Assembly: GCF_009914755.1 (NCBI RefSeq)
Contig: NC_060930.1
Strand: one strand, 5' to 3'
DNA: 64,000 bases
Source: the human T2T-CHM13v2.0 reference genome, Homo sapiens
The translations under genes and the position numbers were made by a program. Below, piece after piece: positions 32,669 through 46,718 of this stretch (position 1 is the stretch's first letter; every line of letters starts with the position of its first letter). The notes beneath the pieces are model-generated. The model did not search any database. It was not told the origin of the DNA and saw only the letters and a list, made by a program, of their open reading frames with translations.

Positions 32669-35600
32669 AAAGCTTTTACCGCATTGTACTTTAATGGTTA
32701 ATTAACTGGTATGTCTCTCCCTTAAACTTTCAATTCCTTGAGGGCATATCTTCACCATGTTTAATTTTTCCAGAACCTATCTCAAGACTTGACACATCAT
32801 AGGAAATCAGTATGTTTGTTGAATCAGTTAATATTTTTAAAATTTCTAGAACACTAACAACAAGCAGTTACAAGATAGATATGTATTTGTGTATGGAGTA
32901 CAGTTTATAGAGGCAAAAAAAGTTGGTTACAATAAAATAAATTTCTAGGTGTGTAAATTCATTACATACTAAATAATCAAAGCTAACACTATTGAGGTGT
33001 CAAAAATAAAACCCATTTGTTTATAGAAATCTCATAAAATGTGCCTTCCTATGTGTTATTTTTCTATTTATTAAAGCTAATTTCTTACAGATATTGTGCC
33101 TATTTTCTTACAGATATTGTGCCAAACTAATAAGATTTTATATAAAATAACCATATTGAATTATTACTGTCACATGCTCTTTTGCCTCCTCATTTTCCTG
33201 TAGAAAATGTTCATTATTCATAGAGACCCAATTAATCACCGCAGTTTTAGTCAGAAGACAGAAGCTTTGCCCTTTATTTATCTCACAAAGCAGGATCACA
33301 ATAGTTCTGGTGCTTAACTATACCGATAATTTTTTAAGTAGCTTACTTTGCTAAAAGGATTAGATTATTTTTACTATATATATATTTTTTACTATGTATA
33401 TATTTTTACTATATATTTCAATCACACTAACCAAAATAGCTTACCTGCTAAGCATGCAGTCTGACGTAAACCCAAAAGTATCAGTTATTCTACTTGCTGG
33501 TCCTTCAGAGTGAATTTGAATGTCATTTCTAATATAGTTTTCTAACATACAGTCGCATTGTTACTCTGGCTGAAATTTTACCTATACTCATATTTATCTA
33601 GTGAGAGACCCTACAGACTGACTAAAAACTGTGAAAACAAGTTCAGAAATACATACGCTGAATCCTTAGCCTAAAGCCTTAAATTTCTACTCTTACGACC
33701 TGTCCTATTTTAGTCAATTGACAAACACCAACAACTTACAAAGAGATCCAGTGGAGCTTCCAAATCATATCTGTAGATGTTAAGTCTTGGAATTCTTTGT
33801 AGTTCTAAATGTTGATACTTGTGAGAATTAAATTTGATAAAATGTTTTCTTTTAAAAACAATATACTGGCTTTGACATAGAACCTATTTTAAATAAAGCT
33901 ATTAAAGTAACCCAGTCAAAGCTTCTAAAATGTTGCATAGTCAACTTTTGAATTTTCTGAGGTGGTTTTTAAAAGCAATGTTACAGCCTTTAATTTTTCA
34001 TCTGCTACAGAACTTAAAACTACTAAAGACACGTTATTACAGTATTCAGATCTGATTTACAGAAACACACTCCACAATTAGGTTTAGAAAAACATAGATG
34101 CAAATTAGTTAAAAAATGATGTGCATTTCAAGTATCTCTTTGTACTGAATCACAATCACAAAGGAATAAACACATAATTCACTGTGTTTACCTGCCACTC
34201 TAGCCAAAGCTCTGATTTGGCTTACGTACAATAATAAAATACTAAGGGGAAATAAGATTACATTTATTTAATAATAGTGAAATCTAAATTCTCCCCATGA
34301 CATCTTTGTCAATGTTCAATGGGACAGCAGATATCATTACTAGTTCAATATATGACTAGAGGGTTTTAAAATGTTTCCAAACTTTCTTTCCCTAAACCCG
34401 TAGCAGGAAAGAAATATCACTATATTTTATAAATTTATTAAATGCACTTATAAATAGCAAAAGAATTTTTAAAATATTAAGGTTTGAAAACAATGCCCAC
34501 TTTGCAGAAAATTATCTCTGGTGAAAACAAAGGAAGTTTGTCTAAAGTGAATAAATATACTATGGCCTCCTCAATAAATGTTTATATTCTGAGATTTTTT
34601 TTCTATTTTACTTAGCCTATTTATACTCTCAGAAATAATAATATGTTTCTTACATTCTTAGACATGTAAGTAGGCTAAGTAAAATATTCTACGTAGTAGA
34701 ATGTTTAGAATTGTTCTAGTAAATAAATTAGCTTCACTGATATTGAATAATTTTCAACAAGTTTCACTCTCAGTGCTTGCTAAAAGGAAAACTATTTACT
34801 TGTTTGAATTATGTTCTTCATAATTACTAAATTTTTCTGGGCATCAAATGCTCCCCTTGTATTTTTTCGTTTTTTTCTTCTCTATCTTGTTTTTCCTGTC
34901 TCATTCTTGAAAATATTCTCTCATATGCTCTATAAAGCCCATGCTATTTTTGCAAAATCAATTACTGATGGCTTTCTAGCTTTTAGTTTTAATCCTTCAG
35001 AAGGCCCAGAAGTTTCTGTCACGTATACAGGTTCAAGAACTTGCTTCAATATCCTTAAAAAACATTAACATCTTAAGGAAGTTTTAATGCAAAACAAATG
35101 GAAATAGCTTTGAATAAGATGTCTGTTTAACTAATGTCATCTAAGCTGACTTTTTTGAACAGAAGAGTAAATAAGTGATATCCTTATTATTAAGAGACTC
35201 CCTTAAGGGCCAGTGAGAGGCAGGAAAACATGAAACCACAGTGAGAATTAGAAAATAAATTGCAGTTTTGGGCCTCCAAACACAATGTGTTTTTTATATT
35301 ATGCTTATGACACATCTAGTTATTCTGAAAACCGGCCATGTGTTTTGGAGCAGAAGCATTTCCACTGAAGATGGTAATTGCTTATGAGTAGCCATTGATA
35401 CATGAACAGTGAACATGTACCTAAACCACTGTGCATTAATAAGACTTTCTTCGCTTGCATATGAAGAGACCCCAATCAAGAAAGTTTAATGATATAAGCA
35501 GAGTTATTGGCTGATATGACCCAGAAAGCCAGAAATATCCTGGCTTCAGATACGGCTGGATCCAGGAGCTCCAATAGTATTTTTTGAACTGCTCATTCTT

Positions 35601-36097
35601 TCTTGCATAGGATTTCTCTCTTGAGACAAAGTAGCCACCAAAGTTATGTGATTGTAACTAAACAATCTAAGTAGAAAGAAGTAATATTTTGATAGCTCCA
35701 GAAGAAAATGTACAATAGGGCATTTCATTACCCCCAATTATACCTATGCCCATCTCTAACTAACTGCTATTGTCATGAACACTACATGAACAGGATTGTT
35801 CAGAAAAGAGAAACTGTTATTAAAGGAGAGACAACTTCTGAAAGAAAAAAAAGGGCCAAAAAGCTATAAAGCTTCACTCTTTTCCCTCTTCCCAATGGTG
35901 AATTCTTAGATTAACTCCTTTGGTGCATTTCTGTAATACATTTTTATAACTGGATTTGAAGTTAGATAGTCCCCTACCCACAATGTACATAGGATTTTTC
36001 CAACCCATTTTAGGAGGCCATCATCCCATAGGCACAATAAATACACAAACTAATTAAGTAATTATTTAAAAACAATAAAATCCATATTAGCTCTTAC

Positions 36098-36357
36098 CTT
36101 CTCTACAAATACAATGCTGATTTGCGTCTACCAAAGCTAAGCATGTTGAGTTGTTTCTGCAAGGGTTATGAAGTAGGTCACAAGGGTTATAGCGTTGGTG
36201 GCAAAATTGTCCAGTATAAAGGGGTGGGCACAGACATACAAATTGTCCAGGGATGGTAGATTCATGACAAAGACCTCCATTCATGCATGGATCAGAGTCG
36301 CATTCATTTATTTCTTCACTACAGTTCTGTCCAGTCCATCCAGATGTACACTCACAT
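36098..36357 (-). CDS. EYS: EYS coding exon (exon 16 by recalled numbering), 260 nt, phase 2 to 1; EGF-like repeats
   Basis: Acceptor ttttatttcag|A at 36358-36360, donor AAG|GTAAGA at 36097. Open frame [86 protein letters not shown]. Numbering from c.2382 places V834 and G843 where I recall the known EYS variants. Confidence 0.97.
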
Positions 36358-36869
36358 CTGAAATAAAATATTAAAATTTTTACAAGTGTGAACTCTTTTT
36401 CAAGTTTATTTTTTGTATTTTTAATTACTCCCTTGAACTAATAGTATGTGGTGCTTTTAAATTTATAACAGGACTAATAAATAATACATAGTTTTAAAAT
36501 ATTGTTTGCCTAATTTCCTGTGACAGTATAATATATATTACCATAAAACTTACCACCTTGGCTGAAATAAGATTTTAAAAGCATTAACAAATTTCTAACA
36601 TAGTTAGGCCTCTGAGACATGTCAGAGAACAACTATTGACCTAAATCACCAATTGAGCAAAATTTTCCTATGAATTATTTAATATAAGTTTTACAGATGA
36701 GATCACTATTTATAAGCCTTAAATGCTATTTAATTCAGCGTCCTTAGCAATATGTGAAATTCTTGTCATCACCAGAGTATATAACAAGGTGTTACTTTAT
36801 GTTAAGCATCTGTTTTTGGCTTTGTGTGTGTGTTGAATCACTTGAAATGCATTTTTAAAAATATATTTT

Positions 36870-37470
36870 CTTTTTTAAAAATTTTAGATTCAGGGCTTAC
36901 ATGTGCAGGTTTGTAACACAGATACATTGCATAATGCTGTAGTTTGGGCTTTTGTTGAACCCATTGCCCAAATAGTGAACACAGAACCCAATAAATAGAT
37001 TTTCAACCCCTACCTTTCTCCTTCCCTGCTCACTTTTGGAGTTCTCAGCCTCTATTGTTTCCATCTTTATGTCCATGTATACCCATTGTTTAGCTTCCAC
37101 TTGCAAGTGAGAAAATATGATATTAGATTTTCTGTTTCTGCATTAATTCACTAAGGATAATAGCCTCTAGCTGCATCCATATTGCTGCAAAGGACATGAT
37201 TTAATTCTTTTCATGGTTTTGTAGGATTCCACAGTGTATATGCATCACATATTCTTTATCCAGTCCACCGTTGATAGACAGCTACGTTGGTTCCATGATT
37301 TTGCTCTTGTGAATAGCACTATGATAAACATATGAGTGAAGTTGTCTTTTTGGTAGAATGACTTCTTTTTATTTGGGTGGATGCTCATTAGTGGGATTTT
37401 TGGGTCAAATGGTAGTTCTATTTTTAGTTCTTTGAGAAATCTCCATAATGCTTTCTGTGGGCTGAACTAA
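36870..37470 (-). mobile_element. L1PA15/16-like 3' end fragment
   Basis: ttttagattcaggg...acatgtgcaggtttgt...ctagctgcatccatattgctgcaaaggacatgat. Confidence 0.85.
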
Positions 37471-37665
37471 ATTCGTATTAATATTTGAATAATGTGCGAT
37501 AATTGAAGGGAAAGCAAACAAATAAAAAATAAAGCATTTGGAAGTTATCTGTGTATCACAGGCTTCTAGCTCAGTCTAGTCCTCCATCCAGTATCTGTCA
37601 TTATCTTCAAATACCACTTTGGCTAGTCATCATCCATGAAACGAGGCTAGTCTGCCGTGAAGAGA

Positions 37666-37748
37666 AAAATTCTAGCAGACAGGAGGGGGAAAGTGTTTTA
37701 CACACAAAATTCTAGCAGACAGGAGGGGGAAAGGGTTTTACACACAAA
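37666..37748. repeat. 40-bp tandem duplication (2 copies, 1 mismatch)
   Basis: aaaattctagcagacaggagggggaaag(t/g)gttttacacac repeated with period 40. Confidence 0.95.
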
Positions 37749-40587
37749 GTGTCCATTTGAGGGAAATGGAAAGGTTATAGTGAAGCCTGCAGATAGAGAG
37801 TAAATGCAAATAGAGAGATAGAGAGGTAGTCCATCAGCTGGGTAAGTGGAAAACAATCACAAACTGTAGGTGTGTTCAAGGAGAGAACTTGTGTCAATTT
37901 GTGGGCAAGGTAGATTTCCAAATCTTGAGCAACTTTACTATTATGCAAGTTATGAATCATGAAACAAGCACAGGAAATATTAGAACAATTATTTTCAAAA
38001 AGTGTATTTACTGATAGATTAGATTTTTAAGATAACTTGAAAAAAGTCATAGTGCTGAAATAATGTAACTTACTTTGTGATACAGAATATCTTACTAAAA
38101 GGAGGGGAGCAAAGAGGAAGGAAAGAAGGAAGAAACAAAGAAAAGAGTCACCTAATTTGCAGTTTCAAAGCCCCAGATATATCAAGGCCCTTTATAATTA
38201 TAAATACATAGGATACCAATATATTGGAGGAGATAATTGAACAAATGACTTGCAACAACATCTATAATTGAATTCTAAATCGATATAGTTACCATTAAAA
38301 TAAAAACCAAAATGAATAATTGGCAAAATGGTATTAGACATAATTGACTAATAAAGTGTTTACTAGTTCAATAAGTTTAAATCCAATGCATTGTAAGCCA
38401 GTGGATTTCACAGCTGTCTAAATTTTTTTTTAATTGGCTGTGGGTAGAAAGTAATTGCTATCATGATAATTGTACATTTCTTTGTGAAGCATGCTAGCAC
38501 AAGACAAAATTTATGACTGAAACAATTCATACCTTCACAATATAAAAAATATATACCTAAGGGTATGTTATTTACTTAATATTTTATTTTCTTCTCAAAA
38601 TCAAAATGCTCTAATTATTTTGGTGACTTTCCATCCTAGTTTGCCTGGAGAGACTTGGTTCAGTTTGTTGTTCTGATATAATTTTCAGGGCATCCTTTTA
38701 CTTATAAAAGTTTCTAAGGTGCTTTTTTTAAAAATCTTTATCTCCTATATCCCATTACTGAAATTGAGTATCTAAAAAACAAAACAAAACAAACAACTAT
38801 ACACTTACCTATTTACTAATCCTACAAATTATTTCACTTTGCTCTAAAATTTGCTTGCCATACACTTTAGGAACTCATCATATATACTATCTTGTGTTAA
38901 AATCATTTGCATGGTTTGCCTCCACCATTAAACTTCTGGTTCCTGAATGTCTAAGAATGATCTGAATCTCCACATTATCATGTCAACACAATAAATGTTG
39001 ACAATACTATAAGAATTGATATAAGGTCCTCAGTGTTGAAACAGATCAACTTATCTGCACTCTTTCATTTAGGAAGTTGAGGATCAGAGAGTTTAATGAA
39101 ATTGGTAATCTCAGAGAATTGTTGTAAAGATTACATGACATGATGAATAAAAAGTATATATAGTGCCTGGAATCTGCATTGCCTGGCCACCTACACTGTT
39201 TACTAGATGCTGTCACAGAAGTTTTAAGAATACATTTTCTGACCTATGAGCCTAAATACAATGTGTATCTCAGCAATGAATATTTCTTTAGCTTTTAGTA
39301 GTACTTCTTTTTAATGTTTGATCATCACATCACATTTTAAAATTGTCAAATATATTATCCAATTTGATACTTTCAATAAAGCTTTGAAATATGTAGAAGA
39401 GATATTCTTTTTCTCACTTTACAGATGAGATAGGTGGAAGTTCAAAGGATAACAGTGATGTATCCTAAGTCATGTGGTTAAGCAAATGGAACTTAGAATC
39501 CAGATCTCCTCCTCTCAAGTTCCTGTTTTTCTTTTCTTTTCTTTTTTTAAACATGCTTTAAATCTAGTATCATTTCTTTAAACATTTTGTGAAATAATGT
39601 TAAAATTGGGTATTACCCAGTCTTAAGAGAACTTCAGTGTATTTATTTTGCTTGAAATAACATCACTGTAAATATAACTATTCAGTCATATAATGGGACT
39701 CAGTTAATATACTATGGCAATTTTAAGAGGAGAAAAGCTAGAGAATTAATATTTTCTAAAATCATGGTTACACAGGTCCTGAGGGTATTGCACAAGTATT
39801 TATGTTTTTCTCTTTATTGTATTCTGAGTACATAATTTCAACTTGGTTAATTTAAAAGAGTTTCCTAAGAAAAACCGACAATTCTTGCCTATTTGGCATA
39901 TGTGCTGAAGGTTTGTTTTATCTTCTCACATAACAGGTGGCCTAAGACCTCATGTGGTGTCATTCCAAGGATCCAATCCTCAGGAAAGAATGTGGCTGTA
40001 TGTCAAGAGGACTGATAATGCCAAGGCTGAGTTCTATGGAGATAACATGGATGTTTTATAGAAAATAAAGTTCCGAGGAACAAAGTCACTACTAGTGACT
40101 AACAATCATACCTACAGGTTTACATATTTGAATCTGCTTCCGCACATGTCAGAGAAGCTAGTGTTTGATGGGTGGGAAAAGGAAAACATATTTGATGTGA
40201 GGGCTTCAATCAGATTCTAAGTTTGCTCCATGAAATAATTTCAGGATTTAGTGGAACCAGGCAGATATTTTCAAACTCACAGCTAGAAGCAGAGTCTTTA
40301 TGGATTAAAAAAAAAATGCAAAGCACATACCGTGTGACTTTTTGAGTGTACAATTTCTGGTAGTAAACACTTGAAAACAAGTAAGTGCGTGCCTAAAGAT
40401 AGGTTAATACATTCTAATTTGCTCTTTTCCCTAGTGTGAGAAAATCTAAATTCATTGGTGTAAAATACATTGAACACTTCTAAGGACAACTTTTCAAATC
40501 TTAAATGCTGATTTAAAGTACTAAAGCTGATAATAGAAAATAAAGTAGTTATCATCGTTAAAAAGTGGAAGAAATACTACTCATTAA

Positions 40588-40918
<331 letters not shown>

Positions 40919-41109
40919 CTAATGACTAAGCATTCTATATGTTTACCTTACCATAAACATTTATTTGTAATGACAAAGGATCGTTCAGCAATATGTATCT
41001 GTGTTTGAATATATTTTGTATATTAAGGCATATAGGCTTTTTTGGCTCTAAATTTATTAATACAAACCTAAGTGTATATGCAGTTTAAAAGAATATTTTC
41101 TTATAAAAA

Positions 41110-41450
41110 TCAGTTCACTTCTCTTAGAAGCAAACAGTAAAATGTTGTTTATCAGCTACTGGGAGGTGGAGGAGATCAGTGGAGATGTTGGTCACAGGAT
41201 ACAGTTAGATGGAAGGAAAAAGTTCAACAAACCAATTGTACATGATCATGACTATCATTAATAACAAGATATTGTGCACTTAAAATTTTTTAAGAGAGAT
41301 TTTAAGTGCTTTCTTCATGAAAAAGATAACTATGTGAAGTAATGCATATGTTAATTAGCTTGATTTACCCATTTCAAAATGTATGCATATATCAAAACAT
41401 TATGTTATACAACATAAATATACACAATTTTTATGTGTTAATTTTAAAAA
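41110..41450 (+). mobile_element. L1MA-type 3' terminal fragment
   Basis: ggagatgttggtcacaggatac...gttaattagcttgattta...tacacaatttttatgtg. Confidence 0.75.
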
Positions 41451-42766
41451 TTAGTTCATTATTTCCTGCAACCATTACATATTTGAAACACAAAATTTCA
41501 ACCAAAACTGCTAGGTGAAAAAGAAATAATGACCGTTAATAATAAAATAGTATTGTTATCTTTTTAGTGTCCTACAAATTGGGGACATAGGAAAGGGAAG
41601 AATTTTTTTTAATGAGCTACCGAATTAAATAATTCATTCATTATTTTATTGTTTTGTCTATTAACCTATTTACACCCTTAGGTGTACATACCATCAACAA
41701 AATTATATTCATACCGAATTATAACATGAACATTACTAAACTCTTAACCTCTGCAATCTTCTTCTTGGAAATAAATGTGGAAAATCACTTAGCTCATTTA
41801 GACGGAAAAATCTATTGTAAAAAATATTTGTAAACATTAAAAATAGAATACAAAATTAAGGACCACTTTGAATAACAGCCTGAAAATGTTAGTATGTAAA
41901 AACATATGAGAAGATTGATATGGGTAAAATGAAAGTGAGGAGGTAGCCTAAAAACAGTAATAGCAAGGCAAAGTTGCTGAGGATTGTGAAAACTACTGCA
42001 ACAACAAGAAAAGTAAAATTAAGGAATTTTGACTTTACCCTTGAAGATATTTAAGGGTTTTTTGTTTGTTTGTTCGTTTGTTTGTTTCTAAGCCTGGGAG
42101 TAACATTGATTGTTATCCAGTAGATGGATTAACATAGGGACAGCTTGGAAGCATGAAGATCATTTAGGAAGCTATTGTTTCATTACTGATAAGAGATTAT
42201 GAGTACTACACAAAGGGAGTAATAAAGTACATCAAATTTGAGATATATTTCTGATGTAGGACAGAGAAGATTTGGATAATGGTTAGTAAGCAGATGAGGC
42301 AGAGTGAGGAGTGAGGACTCAGTGGGCTTCACATTCACTATTGGAAAGATAATGATGCCATCAGGTAGGAGACAGATGACAACGATGGAAATAGAAGGAA
42401 ATAAGATGGCACTGATGCTTAATATGTAACAACTTAAATCAAATAAATTGCATGATTTCAGATGCTGTCCTGCATGTATTGAAAATTCAAATATGGAGCT
42501 CTAGAAAAACCAAGGCATGCAATAAAAATTCAAGTACCATTCTAACAAATAATACTAGGAATAAATAAATTTAAATTTGGCCTTCTCTGCTGAAATATAA
42601 ATTTATGAAACATATAGAATCCTCTTCATTATGATATTCTGCAGTATTTTATAGAATCTTAGGTACATATGTAGATTCTTTGAAAAGAAATAGGCAGGAA
42701 AGAGTTCTACTAGGCAGATTAGAGTAAGCATGTGGTCGGATAGACAGTAAGCAAGATAGATAGTAA

Positions 42767-43135
<369 letters not shown>

Positions 43136-46100
43136 TAGGCCATCAAGCATCATTTCATATATTTTTTCAAAAAAATAAATTCAGACATATAATTTATTTA
43201 TACACATAATTTATAAGTCAATTATTTCAATTGGAAGAATTATAATCTATATTTTTCATACATTTTGATGTAAATGAACTGTATGGATAATTCCTTGATA
43301 TAATTCTCTTCAAATTATCTGTTTCCAATATTCTATATGATTTAATCTCCTGTGCCATGTAAAAAGACAACTGGTCAATAATCTTTTTCAGAGTTATTTA
43401 ATTCAAGCTGCTTTGTAGGTCAGTATTTCTAAAAAACAATTCAAGGCTTTTTCAAGATTCAGAATATTCCTCGTTTCATAGAAGAAAGCTAAAATGCCAG
43501 ACAAGCAGAGGCAGATAATGCATTGGGTCACACCTCCAGTATATTCATATTTAAAATCTGAGGTAAATCTGATGGAACTCATGCTGTATTTTGAAGAATA
43601 CCCAAAGTTAAATACATTTGAATCTGGGACTAGAACAGCAAAGCCAAACATATGCCGTACAGTGAGATGCCATATAGTGAGATTAGTTTCATTTTTTTTT
43701 TTTGTCATTGTGGTCATAATACAGAAACCATCAGAATGGGGTATTTTACCACTTGGATGATCAGAATTTAGATTTTTTTGTAAGCCTACAACAAGCCCTA
43801 AGACATTTATGTTGAAAGATGAATCTTTCAACAACATCTTGAATAAAGCTGAAAGACAACACTTGCTCAAAAAGGCTGACTACATAAGATAGTTGAAGCT
43901 ACTATTCTGTAAGTTTACCTGTTGAGTCAAGAAAATGACTAGTGTTATAAACATGAGTAACATGAACAATTATGTGATTTAGCTTTGAACATAAACCTAG
44001 TTTAAGTTACTGTCTTTAATTTCTTCTATTTTATTTTTCCTTAATGGTGTGTGTGTGTAAGCGGAAAATTGATGATGAATCAGTTTCTGAGCAAGTAAGT
44101 ATTACTTCTGGCTCCTGTTTTTTTCCAAAAAGGATCTTTGTAGCAAGTCAAAGTAAGTCTGCTTTTAAATATAATGCTTTATATATTCAGAAGAATTCAT
44201 AGTTGCATCTTTTTCAATGCTTAAAAATGTATGTAAGTATATGTCTGCATGTGTATATGCAAGTATAATATCCATACCTATACCCACACATTGTATTCAA
44301 ATTATACTTGAAAATGCATATATAATCTTTCAAATACAGTTTAAAATGTATAAAGATCCTATATACCTACACATATATTTTTATTCTTTCAGGTACAATT
44401 TGAGTAGGAGGCAGAATTTTAAATACAAAAGCAGGATACAGAGTGTTACATAAGCAAAGTACTAAGATATAGAACTTAAACAAATTTATAAACATTTTAC
44501 AAAATAATTCATAAATCTTCAGCATGTCAGGTGTTTCATATGGAGAAACATTTTAAACTCCCAGTTTAATAAGCATTACACTTGAAGTCTCAGAAGAAAA
44601 TCAACTGAGCTAGCAAAAGCCAAAGGATTTTTATGCATATGGAAATATTACAAGCAATGAGGAAACAAAATAGTCTTTGTTTTTTTGTTAGGACTGGCAT
44701 TATAATAAATGCTATATCTGTTTCATACTCCTTAGGGGTAACATGTATTAAAACTATATACTCTAATTACTAATCACACATACTTAGTTCAGACTATATG
44801 CATATAACACCATTAATTCTGAAATGTAACATAAATTCAGTTAGCCGATGTAAAAATATGCAAAAATAAACCTATTGAAAATGAACACTAACATATCTTT
44901 CCACATACAGAATTATTAACCCATTATTTTATTAAAATTTAAAATTATAGAACATGTCCTTCCTTAAAAATTTAAATAACACTCAAATTGTCTTATTTTT
45001 TAATAAAACAGATGGAACTATAGAAATAAATAAGGATAGCAGAGATAAGAGAGAAATGGAAAGAAGGAAAGAGAAGCAAAATAATTATTTTTTAAAATGT
45101 CACTAAAGGGTCACCTGTCTCACAGGGGTTATGTGGAAAGTTTATTATCTATGATCCTGCTTCTTGATGAGACTCTTCCTGGTACTTAGTCAAGCCGGAG
45201 TCCAAGTGATATTCAAAAAGCCTTTAAAATTCACTAAGCCAGAACTTCAAACTCATGGAAAGAAAGGATAAATTCAAAGTAGAAGAGATTTATCTTTGTA
45301 AAGTATGAAGTAAAGTCACCAGTGCCTGTGTCTCTCTGAATCTAACTCAATGTGACAAAGAAAATTAGAAACAGAAAATAAAACTTCATCCTCAATAAAA
45401 CAGTTATCAATAATCCCAAGCCAAAGCACAAAAGAATTAGATGACAAATATTGTGAAAGGACCAAGATAAGAGCAGATATGAAGAGCAGGTAGGTGCCTG
45501 CTGCTGGAGTAAGCCAGCAGAAAGGGCACAAAAATAGTTCTCAGAGTAGGAAACTGATGAAAAATTTTAAAAAACAAGAACAAAAATTAAAAAAAAAAAC
45601 TTGCTTGAAATATAAGGCTGGGCCAATTTTCCATCAAAGAGTGTTTGGGGTAGAAGAAAAGACACTGGCAGAATTTGGAATTTCAGAGACATGCAACATT
45701 GAGGGCCCATGAAGGAAAATCAGCAGTCCTGTTGCTACTGTTATTCACTGGGGTGACGAAAAATAAATCCATTCTCCCTCTCTCCCACCTCTCTCACACA
45801 CATACACATGCATATGCATATATGTGTTCACACACAAGCAATTGAAAAACCAATATTTTCCTCTGAGCCAGGGAAGATTCTGCTTGTTTCTCATTGACAA
45901 GGACATTGTGTTGACTCACACACATTCCCACAAATACTAAGGTTTTGAAGAACTAAATTTAAAGATAAGAAAAACTTAGAAAGGAATTAGTGCAAAATAG
46001 ACTGTTGTGTTTGTGTGCAAATGTAAATGTAAAAATAAATGAGTATGAAAAGAGCCAGACATCTTATATAAGTATTATTTTACCAAGCATATTAAAATTA

Positions 46101-46718
46101 CAGCTAGATAATTTTAAGACAAGTATAAATATTACTATACAACAAAATATTTAAGGAGATATAAAAGACTCAGGATATATATTAGTTAATAAAATGAGAG
46201 GAATCCCAATGGCAGAATTCCAGAAAAAATAGAGGATAAATTAAATGCCAGTATTCACTGGCCCTTTTGTTTCCTCTCCACGATAGCAGTGCAAATGCAC
46301 TGCTTCTAGTCTGCCATCTTGACCCAACATCCCTTTAAATGTATTTTCTAACTCATTCCCTAGCTTCTAGGGTGTCCTGGCATCTTAGCTATGGATATCC
46401 CAGTACCTGCAGGTCACAAGGTAACAGAGACTATGACAGTCATCTGGGTCTCCTGGAACGGAGGACACAGAGCAGTGGAGATGGACCCCAAGCTCTAGGT
46501 GGAGTAAGAGACCTACTTTGAATTCTTTATCCAGCATCCCAACATTTCATTTTGTTTAGGATTCAAGATCCAGTATTACTATGCTGATTTTTTTCTCATC
46601 TGGAGAAACACTTCTTACTCTTGTTTACTTTTTTTGGGGTGGGACTTTTCTTGAGGATGTGCCTATGATGTATGTTGAGTAAGGCCATTTGGCTTTGCTT
46701 CTGGGTATGTTTAGTGGC

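Noticed and set aside
40084-40100. Perfect 8-bp inverted repeat agtcacta-c-tagtgact
   Set aside because: Expected by chance in 64 kb; loop too small for a functional hairpin.
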